NCBI GenBank assembly: GCA_029865195.1
Contig: JAOUHH010000002.1
Location: 1-37,967 of the forward strand
Direction: 5' to 3'
DNA: 37,967 nucleotides
Source of the DNA: Desulfobulbaceae bacterium
GTDB lineage: Bacteria > Desulfobacterota > Desulfobulbia > Desulfobulbales > UBA5123
In this document: piece by piece, positions 1 through 6,716 of the stretch
How the letters are laid out: each line of letters begins with the position of its first letter
Numbering within the stretch: the first letter of the stretch is position 1
Position numbers and translations under genes: made by a program
Notes under the pieces: generated by a model
Databases searched by the model: none
What the model saw: only the letters and a program-made list of their open reading frames with translations
What the model was told of the DNA's origin: nothing

Positions 1-127
1 TTTCGTGGTGACCCCAAGGGGACTCGAACCCCTGTTACCGGCGTGAGAGGCCTATTGCATTACAATAATATCAGCCACTTATAGGCATCGTTACCACTCA
101 TTTACCATCTGACATGAACGGGAAACG
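1..127. repeat. Terminal direct repeat, copy 1 (identical to 37841-37967)
   Basis: Read base by base, tttcgtggtgaccccaagg...catgaacgggaaacg occurs at both window ends. It contains the tRNA fragment and the last 30 nt of int. Confidence 0.95.
6..52 (-). other. attP core: 3' ~47 nt of a tRNA-Glu(CUC) gene (fragment, not a functional tRNA)
   Basis: The reverse complement reads GGCCTCTCACGCCGGTAACAGGGGTTCGAGTCCCCTTGGGGTCACCA. This gives anticodon loop CUCUCAC (anticodon CUC), T-arm AGGGG/TTCGAGT/CCCCT, the acceptor 3' strand and CCA. It parallels the 3' half of E. coli tRNA-Glu. No D-arm or 5' acceptor strand follows. Confidence 0.75.
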
Positions 128-1234
128 ATCCTCAAACACCTCTCCGGATGCTTCGGTGTGGTCATAATGGTTGAGCATCCGCTCGTCCTCGTGGCCGGTT
201 CGATGGCGGGCCTGCCGCTTCTCAACCCCGAGATCCAGCAGCCTGGTGGTATAGGTGTGCCGGCTGTCATGTAGCCTCATTCCGACAATCCCGCACCGGC
301 GGAAGTGCCTGGCGATGGCCCTGGACACTGATGTCGGGGCGTATTGCGGCAGGATCGGCCCTTGTTCTCCCTTGCGAGGGGCCAATAGGTTGAAAAGCCT
401 CCCCCCAAGACCAACCCACCGCGCTACCCCGGTCTTTGTTTCGACCACCCTCAGCATCCGCTTGTCCCAGTCGATATTTTCTATTCTGGCATCCAGCGCC
501 TCTTTGCGGCGCAATCCACAACCAAGGAACATCAGCAGGTAAAGGGTCATGTGGCCCCCGAGGGCTGGTTGCGGAGTTGCGTCCGAGGCTGCGGCTACCT
601 CCAGCACCGTGGCAATCTGGTCATGTGTCAAGACCACATGGCGGATTTTCTCATCCTTCGGCACCCGCTCGCCCTTCAACATCGAGAATGGATCGCCAGC
701 CAACGCCCCGGTCGCCACCTGCAGCCTGAACATCCTCCGCAAGTCCTGCAGGTGTTTGTTGACCGTGGCGGCCTTTAGATGCTCTCCGCGCCTGACCGTT
801 GCAGCCCGAAGAGAGGCTTTCACGCGCTCGCCGTGCATGTGCCGGACTTCCCCTATTGGGGTGGAGGCGCCAAGTAGATCAACAACCCTGGCCACCCTCC
901 CCTCCCTGGCCTCCCTCTCCCCAGTGCTGATCCGCCCCCAGGTTTCGCGGTAATCATCGGCGGCCTGGGCCACCGTCTTTCTGCCATCACTCATCGCCAG
1001 CAATCGTTGAATGTCTACCAGGCTGACCAACCCCTCACGTTGCCACTCGGCCACCTCGTCGCTGGTGTATTGTTGGCGTCTGGTGCGCGACTCTACCACG
1101 TCGGCAAGTGCCCGCAGCGCCTTCGCTTCGCCAGCCCGATCGCACCGCCGCGACCGTTCGACAGCTGCGCCGGATGGAAGGTGGACGTAGTACCTGACCC
1201 GGTACTGCCCGTCTATCTTAGTTATTGAGGCCAT
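98..1234 (-). CDS. int: Tyrosine-recombinase phage integrase (378 aa)
   Basis: Catalytic pattern is present: GCGLRRKEAL (Arg), LHDSRHTYTTRLL (HxxR), GHEDERMLNHYDH (His and Tyr). The stop lies 45 bp from the tRNA-fragment core. Confidence 0.92.
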   Translation of the reverse strand: MASITKIDGQYRVRYYVHLPSGAAVERSRRCDRAGEAKALRALADVVESRTRRQQYTSDEVAEWQREGLVSLVDIQRLLAMSDGRKTVAQAADDYRETWGRISTGEREAREGRVARVVDLLGASTPIGEVRHMHGERVKASLRAATVRRGEHLKAATVNKHLQDLRRMFRLQVATGALAGDPFSMLKGERVPKDEKIRHVVLTHDQIATVLEVAAASDATPQPALGGHMTLYLLMFLGCGLRRKEALDARIENIDWDKRMLRVVETKTGVARWVGLGGRLFNLLAPRKGEQGPILPQYAPTSVSRAIARHFRRCGIVGMRLHDSRHTYTTRLLDLGVEKRQARHRTGHEDERMLNHYDHTEASGEVFEDRFPFMSDGK

Positions 1235-1673
1235 TTCACGTTTCCAGTCAAAACAACACGAAAAGAGCGAAAAACGAGCAATAATATACGTGTTTCCGGT
1301 AACAACCAGAAGTTACTGCGCATCACGCCACCCCCAAGAACGAAACAAAACAAGGAAACATCAATTATCCCAACCAATTAGGTGGATCTGCCCCAAGCCG
1401 TCCGTCAACGGGTTGACATGGGCGCAATTTCTGCCCATCTCCGCGCCATGCCGTCGCTACTCACCGAAATGGGGAGGGGGGTGCAAATCTCTACCCCTTT
1501 TCACAGCGAGACCGTTTGGGCAGTGAAATTCTCGCGGCCGCGAAATGAAATGTTTTGATATCAGGTGGTTGCTTGTCGTTTTGTTAGGCAAATACGGTAT
1601 CTTTGGCATGGTTTTTGACTCGGGAGGCATGGGCGTGTTACGCGGCCATGATCGGTGTGTCAAAAAGTTGGCG

Positions 1674-2021
1674 CTATACTTCCGGGCCGCTGCCGGCAAG
1701 GGTTGCGGTGTCTACAGGCTCGTCGGCAGGTGACGGCGACTTGGTTTGTTCCGGGTTGGGAGCCGGTGGCGCCGATGACTCTTGGTGGTGGCTCGGAGAT
1801 TGGTCAGGGATACTTGAGGCGATGAGTTCCACCGCGGCGATGCAAGATATAATTCGCGGGTAGAGCCTGTCCACCATCTGCTCAACGTGGCGCACGTCCT
1901 CCTGGATTTTCCACACGAAGTACGGCATGAAGATAGCAAGGATCACCATGAACAAAAATATGGCCCCCACCGCCAGGGCTGCAACAGCCCCAAACCACCC
2001 GCCGCCGAAGTAATGTTCCAT
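1674..2021 (-). CDS. Small single-pass membrane protein, last gene of the lysogeny-side cassette
   Basis: ATG at 2021 lies 8 nt after the upstream stop; the ORF track instead extends to a TTG at 2057. Has one strong hydrophobic helix (WFGAVAALAVGAIFLFMVILAIFMPYFVW) and then a Pro/Ser/Glu-rich tail. Confidence 0.6.
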   Translation of the reverse strand: MEHYFGGGWFGAVAALAVGAIFLFMVILAIFMPYFVWKIQEDVRHVEQMVDRLYPRIISCIAAVELIASSIPDQSPSHHQESSAPPAPNPEQTKSPSPADEPVDTATLAGSGPEV

Positions 2022-2029
2022 ATCGCCCG

Positions 2030-2668
2030 TCACATCCTGAAGGAAATATCCGCCCAAAGGTCTTCCGAGATGATCGCCGGTCTGCCAAACTTCTCCCGGT
2101 ATTCCACCGCCTTTTCTATCTTCCGCCCATAAGCGGTGTGCGCCCAGTCGGTACTTGAAAAGGTGCCGATCACCAGGTAGTCAACCGCCTTGGTTATATA
2201 CCCCTCAACCCGTCCACCCCGCTCCTCGATAACCGCCTCGCATTCTCTGCGCGGCCCATAGGCAAAACTTCCGGTGAGACAAAACCCCATGGTCGGTATC
2301 TCTACCACCGGAGGCGGCTGGCAGAGCGGAAACCATGCCGCCATATTCTCCCTGGCCAGCAGGGTGGATGCACCCGAAAAAGCGCTGAGAATACCAAGCA
2401 ACTCCTGGCGCTCGTCAGCATCTAACACGCCATCTATCAGCATTTCATGAATGCGCCGGTAAATACTGTTGACGGTCCAGTCTTCGCAGAATGAGACGTT
2501 TGCGACCATCCATGCCAAAAGAACCCGCGCCTCCTGATGGTTGACCGTAGCATCGGCAACGATGCCGCGAGCCATCCCGATCATCTCATCAATGGCCCGG
2601 TCGTTAAGCCGCTTGCGGTTGTATAGCCGGTTGATCGGCTGGCCATGGTCGTCAAGTATGCTGTCCAT
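2030..2668 (-). CDS. TerB-like N-terminal domain fused to a C-terminal BRCT domain (212 aa)
   Basis: The N-terminal half has a TerB-type pattern (LIDGVLDADERQELLGIL). The C-terminal ~80 aa parallels the NAD-ligase BRCT (GFCLTGSF..RECEAVIEERGGRV..TKAVDYLVIG..GRKIEKAVE..IISED). Confidence 0.7.
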   Translation of the reverse strand: MDSILDDHGQPINRLYNRKRLNDRAIDEMIGMARGIVADATVNHQEARVLLAWMVANVSFCEDWTVNSIYRRIHEMLIDGVLDADERQELLGILSAFSGASTLLARENMAAWFPLCQPPPVVEIPTMGFCLTGSFAYGPRRECEAVIEERGGRVEGYITKAVDYLVIGTFSSTDWAHTAYGRKIEKAVEYREKFGRPAIISEDLWADISFRM

Positions 2669-3154
2669 TCACCCCACCTCCACCGCTATTGGAGAGCGGG
2701 CGGCGATGCGGTCATAGACATGCCTAAACGCCACCGCCCGGTCAATATCTCCGTAGTCAACAAAAGTCGTGTCCTGCCCGGGCAACTCCAGCCGATATCC
2801 AGATCCGTCAGCCACCATGAAATATGGCATCCCGCTGTAATGGTTGGCGTCCCGCACGGTAAGCCGAGACCCGCCAATCTTGGCGGCCTCTGCTAACTCT
2901 TCTATTATCTTGCAAGTGATGATTTCGTGCCCACACTGGCAAGCCAGTTGCAAGTGGTGTCCACTTGCTGCCAAAAACAGACAGGCAGCGTCAAGAAAAT
3001 CGTCTTGGTATTCGCGGTCGGCGCGGCCGGTAAAGATACACACCTCCCTGTCGGCCTGCTCGATCATAGCCCGATAAGCCGCCAGGTGGTCTCCGTCGCC
3101 TCGGATGGCCATACGTTTCCGCCGCCTCGCCATATAGGAATAATAATCGACCAT
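2669..3154 (-). CDS. Hypothetical protein (161 aa), first gene of the three-gene cassette
   Basis: Long ORF with GC-rich third codon positions. Its stop directly abuts the start of the BRCT gene (2669/2668). No motif recognised. Confidence 0.7.
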   Translation of the reverse strand: MVDYYSYMARRRKRMAIRGDGDHLAAYRAMIEQADREVCIFTGRADREYQDDFLDAACLFLAASGHHLQLACQCGHEIITCKIIEELAEAAKIGGSRLTVRDANHYSGMPYFMVADGSGYRLELPGQDTTFVDYGDIDRAVAFRHVYDRIAARSPIAVEVG

Positions 3155-3226
3155 ACGCGCAACCTAACAAACAAACAACTGGCGGCGCAATGGGTGACAA
3201 CACGTATTTTAAGGGGTGTAAATCAC

Positions 3227-3541
3227 TTACTGGTTGACGGCCCGCGACTCAGGCTCGCCGTTTCCATCTCCACCGCCTGCTTCCATGTCCCTGGCATCGA
3301 GCTCCTGCAGAAACCGCTGCATAACGTTGTCGATTGTTTCCCGCCGACCATGGCCTGGCCCACTTTCACCTCTGTGAATGGTCAAAGATGCGGTGCTCGC
3401 CTTCCCGGACCTTCCTTCCATGAACCTGGCAAACCGAGGAAACCGCTTGGCAAAGGCAAGCATCACCCAGATCATCTCGTCCATTGAGCAGGTTTCGATA
3501 AACTCCAGCAGTGATCCCCGCAATTTCTCCTTTTCAATCAC
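3227..3541 (-). CDS. Hypothetical protein (104 aa), translationally coupled to the repressor gene
   Basis: GTG start overlaps the stop of the CI-like gene (GTGA). No recognisable motif. Confidence 0.6.
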   Translation of the reverse strand: MIEKEKLRGSLLEFIETCSMDEMIWVMLAFAKRFPRFARFMEGRSGKASTASLTIHRGESGPGHGRRETIDNVMQRFLQELDARDMEAGGGDGNGEPESRAVNQ

Positions 3542-4185
3542 TTTGTCGCCTCTTCTTTTGTTTCCCTCGCCTCCGGCCGCTGCTGTTTTCCTCCCTGGAA
3601 GTGCTTGGCGTACCAGGCCGCAAAGTCTGAACTGGATGCTATCTGCATGTAAACATTGGTAATATCATCGTCATTCAATTGCCGGATGTACTCAATCAGC
3701 CGATGGTGGTACTTGCTCATTGCTTTTGCCGGCAGCACACCACGCAAGTCAGACACCCCGCGCTGCAGGGTGTTATCGTCGTGCATTCCCTTATAAGCCA
3801 CATTGATGGTGTTCACCACTGCCGCTGAAAACTGCCCGCCATGCTCCACCACACTCTTCATCCGTTCGGCCAGATCCTTGGTATCTACCGCCTGTGTTTC
3901 CTTTCCATATGCCGGATCGTGCTGGCCGGTGACGGCGGCAGCCGGCGGCTGCTGGTCGTATGCGGTGCCGATCTTCTGCGGCCCCTGGCCGGTGAGAAGC
4001 CATGCTGGGTTGATGTTGTGGCTTACGCTAACCCGCAAAATCCATTCCGCTGGCACATTATCCCTGTTTTTTGCCTCAGAGACGGTTGCCGTCCGCAAAC
4101 CAAGCAACTTCGCGAGCTGTGTTTGGTTTTTCACACCAGTCACAGCTTTAATTCTTTCAAAAATTTCCTCAAAAGTTCCGCTCAC
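3538..4185 (-). CDS. CI-type phage repressor (phage-186-like HTH), no S24 peptidase domain
   Basis: GTG at 4185 is preceded by AGAGGA; the ORF track extends to 4278. The HTH FEEIFERIKAVTGVKNQTQLAKLLGLRTATVSEAKNRDNVPAEWILRVSVSHNINPAWLLTGQG resembles the Phage_CI_repr family. Divergent to a Cro/Ner-like gene. Confidence 0.8.
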   Translation of the reverse strand: MSGTFEEIFERIKAVTGVKNQTQLAKLLGLRTATVSEAKNRDNVPAEWILRVSVSHNINPAWLLTGQGPQKIGTAYDQQPPAAAVTGQHDPAYGKETQAVDTKDLAERMKSVVEHGGQFSAAVVNTINVAYKGMHDDNTLQRGVSDLRGVLPAKAMSKYHHRLIEYIRQLNDDDITNVYMQIASSSDFAAWYAKHFQGGKQQRPEARETKEEATK

Positions 4186-4265
4186 TTGTATCCTCTGGCG
4201 CGAAAAAATACGGCAACTTGAATTTTTCCCTTGCGTAGTTTTACGGCAAGGCGTAATGTAGAGCC
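4186..4265. promoter_or_regulatory. Divergent promoter/operator interval of the genetic switch
   Basis: Imperfect palindrome CCTTGCGTA-gttt-TACGGCAAGG (4229-4251), plus a third TACGGCAA at 4209-4216. A candidate rightward promoter, TTGCGT (4231-4236)-17 nt-TAATGT (4254-4259), overlaps the palindrome. Confidence 0.5.
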
Positions 4266-4472
4266 ATGGAGAGTTCAAACGAACGCAAAATTAGATCTTG
4301 GATCGTACTCGCTGGGGTAACCCAAACGGCAATTGCCGAATCGATTGGCGTCAAGCCGTCCAGCGTTAACGATGTGATCGCCGGTCGTCGCAAAACCAAG
4401 CGCATCCGCGAAGCCATCGCCAAGGCCATCAAGATGCCGGTTTCTGAAATCTGGCCGGCAAAGGCGGCTTAA
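4266..4472 (+). CDS. Ner/Cro-like small DNA-binding protein (68 aa)
   Basis: IRSWIVLAGVTQTAIAESIGVKPSSVNDVIAGRRKTKRIREAIAKAIKMPVSEIWP parallels Mu Ner-type HTH proteins, including the terminal EIWP. Sits in the position of cro. Confidence 0.8.
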   Translation: MESSNERKIRSWIVLAGVTQTAIAESIGVKPSSVNDVIAGRRKTKRIREAIAKAIKMPVSEIWPAKAA

Positions 4473-4795
4473 TTGTACCCGCCATTAACGTTTGTAATTT
4501 TGGGATGCTTATCTGGTCGCGGGTACACGCGCAACCTGTTGCCGCTTGAACAGTCAATAAAATAATAACCATCAGGAGTCATGGAGCCGACAGATATAAC
4601 CTCAAAGCAGTTCAAGCCGTATGTGTTTGTAGCATGCCAAGCTAAATCTGCTTTTGTGAGTCCGTAACTGGTGTTTGCAAGCCTCACATTGTTGTTATAC
4701 CCGGACTGGTCGGCCCTTGATGGTTCAGAATCAGATCTGCAAGAAGAAACAAAAATCAGCAACACAAAGAACAGTAGATTTTTTCTGTTTAACAT
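4469..4795 (-). CDS. Lipoprotein moron (108 aa), low-GC
   Basis: ATG at 4795 is preceded by GGGGGA. Signal peptide plus lipobox: MLNRKNLLFFVLLIFVSSC. The region is clearly AT-richer than its flanks. Its stop overlaps the stop of the Ner-like gene (TTAA). Confidence 0.75.
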   Translation of the reverse strand: MLNRKNLLFFVLLIFVSSCRSDSEPSRADQSGYNNNVRLANTSYGLTKADLAWHATNTYGLNCFEVISVGSMTPDGYYFIDCSSGNRLRVYPRPDKHPKITNVNGGYN

Positions 4796-4829
4796 AGTTC
4801 CCCCGCCGACAGCAGCAAGCGACATAGAC

Positions 4830-4888
4830 AAAAAACTGGCGGCTGGCAGGACCACCAAGGCAAGAGGTTGTTACCACTGCCAGCCGCC
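4830..4888 (-). terminator. Strong hairpin plus U-tract, leftward intrinsic terminator or attenuator just upstream of the lipoprotein gene
   Basis: Perfect 12-bp inverted repeat GGCGGCTGGCAG (4838-4849) / CTGCCAGCCGCC (4877-4888). On the minus strand it is followed by AGTTTTTT (4830-4837). Confidence 0.55.
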
Positions 4889-4898
4889 ACAAAAGAAA

Positions 4899-4964
4899 CC
4901 CCGCCCCCCGGACGCAATTGTCCCGTCGATGGGTGGCACCTCCGATGATACCAGGGGGGCGGGG
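4899..4964. promoter_or_regulatory. Long GC hairpin (11-bp stem CCCCGCCCCCC/GGGGGGCGGGG, 44-nt structured loop)
   Basis: Complementary arms at 4899-4909 and 4954-4964. An inner GGAC..GTCC mini-hairpin is also present. No credible coding sequence overlaps it. Confidence 0.45.
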
Positions 4965-4977
4965 AATTTGGCAAGCC

Positions 4978-4999
4978 CCCCGTTTCCGTCCGGGGTTTT
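4978..4999 (+). terminator. Rightward terminator-like hairpin (5-bp GC stem, then TTTT)
   Basis: CCCCG-tttccgtc-CGGGG followed by TTTTG. Lies between the switch region and the next rightward genes. Confidence 0.4.
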
Positions 5000-5082
5000 G
5001 CACCTCCTCCTACCCTCGGCTGCCGGCTTGCGAGGGGTAAAGAACCGCCGGCCACCTTCAAACTCAAAAAGGGAGCACCGTC

Positions 5083-5298
5083 ATGACCACATTCGACAGG
5101 CAGGCAACGGCCCTTCGCACCGCCATCAAAATGGCCAAGCTGGCCAGCACACCCACCACCATCACCGCTATAGAAACCCATTTCCGATCCATCTTGGCCT
5201 CCGAGGAAAAACACCGGGGCGGGTCCGGTAACTGCAAGTTGGGGTGCGCCGTAACCTCGCACCGCCACGGTGTTTCCTCTACCATGTCACAGGCCTGA
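5083..5298 (+). CDS. Hypothetical small early protein (71 aa)
   Basis: AAAGGGAG lies 7 nt upstream of the ATG. Third codon positions are strongly G/C-biased in this frame. Confidence 0.5.
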   Translation: MTTFDRQATALRTAIKMAKLASTPTTITAIETHFRSILASEEKHRGGSGNCKLGCAVTSHRHGVSSTMSQA

Positions 5299-5334
5299 CC
5301 TATCAACCAAGGGATTCGGACGAGGCAAAGTATC

Positions 5335-5835
5335 ATGAGCGGAAACAAGCACTACATCCAGACCATCGCGGCCCTCTCCAACCTGTTCTACGGGGCCAGC
5401 GTCGTCGCAGGGTTAACCCCCAAAATCGCCCTTGCCCGCCTTGACGACGAACTCGGCATCAAGATCCCCTACACCACCTTTATGAAATACCTGGCCGGAG
5501 AAACCTGTTGCCCCACTTCGGTGGTGGCCGGCCTCTTTGTCCTCACCGAAGACCCGGGCCTCAAGTTTGTCCTTGAGCCTCTCGGTTGGGAGCTGCAGCG
5601 CCGCGGCTCCGTCAAGCCCGGCCACCTTTCGCCGGTTGACGAACTCATGGACGACATCACCGCCGCCACCATCACCCACAGCGAGATCCAACAGCGGATA
5701 GCCGACTGCCAATGGTCAGAGACAGACCGCACCGCCGCCCTGGCCAAGGTTGAGGCGCAAAAACGTGAGCTCGAAGAAACCGAGGCAGCCATCCGCAACA
5801 TGCCAATCGGGAGGGTTGCAGCATGCCAGGCATGA
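5335..5835 (+). CDS. Hypothetical early protein (166 aa); possibly a 186 CII (CP76)-like regulator
   Basis: Good coding bias. Only weak by-eye resemblance to 186 CII (LFVLTEDPGLKF versus LLTDLTEDSTLV), and in the equivalent position. Confidence 0.6.
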   Translation: MSGNKHYIQTIAALSNLFYGASVVAGLTPKIALARLDDELGIKIPYTTFMKYLAGETCCPTSVVAGLFVLTEDPGLKFVLEPLGWELQRRGSVKPGHLSPVDELMDDITAATITHSEIQQRIADCQWSETDRTAALAKVEAQKRELEETEAAIRNMPIGRVAACQA

Positions 5836-6044
5836 CCACCGCCCGCTGGATACTCACCGCCATGGGCATCACCGGGGCCATACTCAACGCCATGCAGATA
5901 TGGTGGTGCTGGCCATTATGGATCGCGGCCAACATCGGGTGGATAGTTGTTAACGCCAGGTTGCGCCGCCCCCAGGAGTCCACCCTTTTCGCCGTTTACC
6001 TGGCCACCGCAGCCCTCGGCTGCTGGCAATGGAGCAGGCCATGA
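5823..6044 (+). CDS. Small 3-TM Trp-rich membrane protein (73 aa), resembling one repeat of a PnuC-type transporter
   Basis: Three hydrophobic segments: ARWILTAMGITGAILNAM, IWWCWPLWIAANIGWIVV, TLFAVYLATAALGCWQW. Overlaps both neighbouring genes. Confidence 0.6.
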   Translation: MPGMTTARWILTAMGITGAILNAMQIWWCWPLWIAANIGWIVVNARLRRPQESTLFAVYLATAALGCWQWSRP

Positions 6045-6421
6045 GCAACCAGATCATCACCACCGCGGAAGAACTCGCCGCCATCGTCACGCAGGCGGTA
6101 GAGCAGGCAAGGGCAACGGCACCGCTGCCCAGGCTCTACAAATTCCCGGAGGATATCTGCGCCATCATGGGCGGCCATGTGCAGCCGCAAACGGTGCGCT
6201 GGTGGAAGTCGCAAGGATGGATCCGCACCAAAAAGATTGGCCGCAACTCCTTTGTTGAGCCGGAGGAGTGGGAGCGGTTCAAGCGCGACAACGCCGTCAT
6301 GATGGCGGCCAGCCCCCGCAACCGCGGGGCCAGGCTTGGAGGAGGGAAAGATGAATGCGCAACAGCAACGCCTCGACGCCAACCTCGCAGCAGTCAAGCA
6401 GTGCCTGGGTCGCCTGCATAG
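6041..6421 (+). CDS. Excisionase/MerR-type HTH DNA-binding protein
   Basis: ATGA overlap with the upstream gene. Motif ICAIMGGHVQPQTVRWWKSQGWIRTKKIGRNSFVEPEEWERF. The C-terminal tail is low complexity. Confidence 0.65.
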   Translation: MSNQIITTAEELAAIVTQAVEQARATAPLPRLYKFPEDICAIMGGHVQPQTVRWWKSQGWIRTKKIGRNSFVEPEEWERFKRDNAVMMAASPRNRGARLGGGKDECATATPRRQPRSSQAVPGSPA

Positions 6422-6501
6422 CGCTGGCCCTGTGCGCCCTGCTGCTCACCTGCGGCATCTGCCGCATCATATCTCGATTACCGATCAGCGCGCCATACTG
6501 A
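6355..6501 (+). CDS. Possible 48-aa single-TM peptide (unlisted small ORF)
   Basis: GGAGGAGGGAAAG lies upstream. Translation MRNSNASTPTSQQSSSAWVACIALALCALLLTCGICRIISRLPISAPY contains a clear TM helix. It overlaps the tail of 6041-6421 in another frame. Confidence 0.3.
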   Translation: MRNSNASTPTSQQSSSAWVACIALALCALLLTCGICRIISRLPISAPY

Positions 6502-6527
6502 TCGCAACCAGATAGAGGAGGCACCCC

Positions 6528-6716
6528 ATGCCGGAAAGTAAGCCCGACAAGTGCATCAAGACACCGTACCAATCAACCCATCTTGGCGCCCTCTGCCACG
6601 TCTGCAACCGCAAGTGCAACCACGCAAACCACCCGCGCCACCAAGGCCTGCAACTGATGCTCGCCCGCGACCATCGCGCCCGGCTCGATAACGTCAGACC
6701 CATGGAGCGTTCATAA
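6528..6716 (+). CDS. Small Cys/His-rich protein (62 aa)
   Basis: Strong SD (GAGGAGG) 7 nt upstream. Cys/His cluster: C..CHVCNRKCNHANH. Confidence 0.6.
   Translation: MPESKPDKCIKTPYQSTHLGALCHVCNRKCNHANHPRHQGLQLMLARDHRARLDNVRPMERS

Noticed and set aside
1290-1699. ORFs 1290-1526 (+), 1457-1699 (-) and 1545-1733 (+) in the int-upstream interval
   Set aside because: They have no SD and odd composition, and they mutually overlap in an AT-richer region that looks regulatory.
4830-5082. GEMM-I (c-di-GMP/cGAMP) riboswitch on the minus strand upstream of the lipoprotein gene
   Set aside because: The minus-strand read has GCAAAACCCCG...GGAAAC...GGGG, which superficially recalls the P1/GNRA part. The conserved ACGCAAAGCC / tetraloop-receptor second hairpin is absent.
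5064-5348. 94-aa minus-strand ORF, including a 42-aa hydrophobic C-terminal part
   Set aside because: It overlaps the plus-strand ORF at 5083-5298, which has a good SD and stronger G/C third-position bias. It is not excluded that the short TM peptide is real, given the leftward terminator at 4830-4888.
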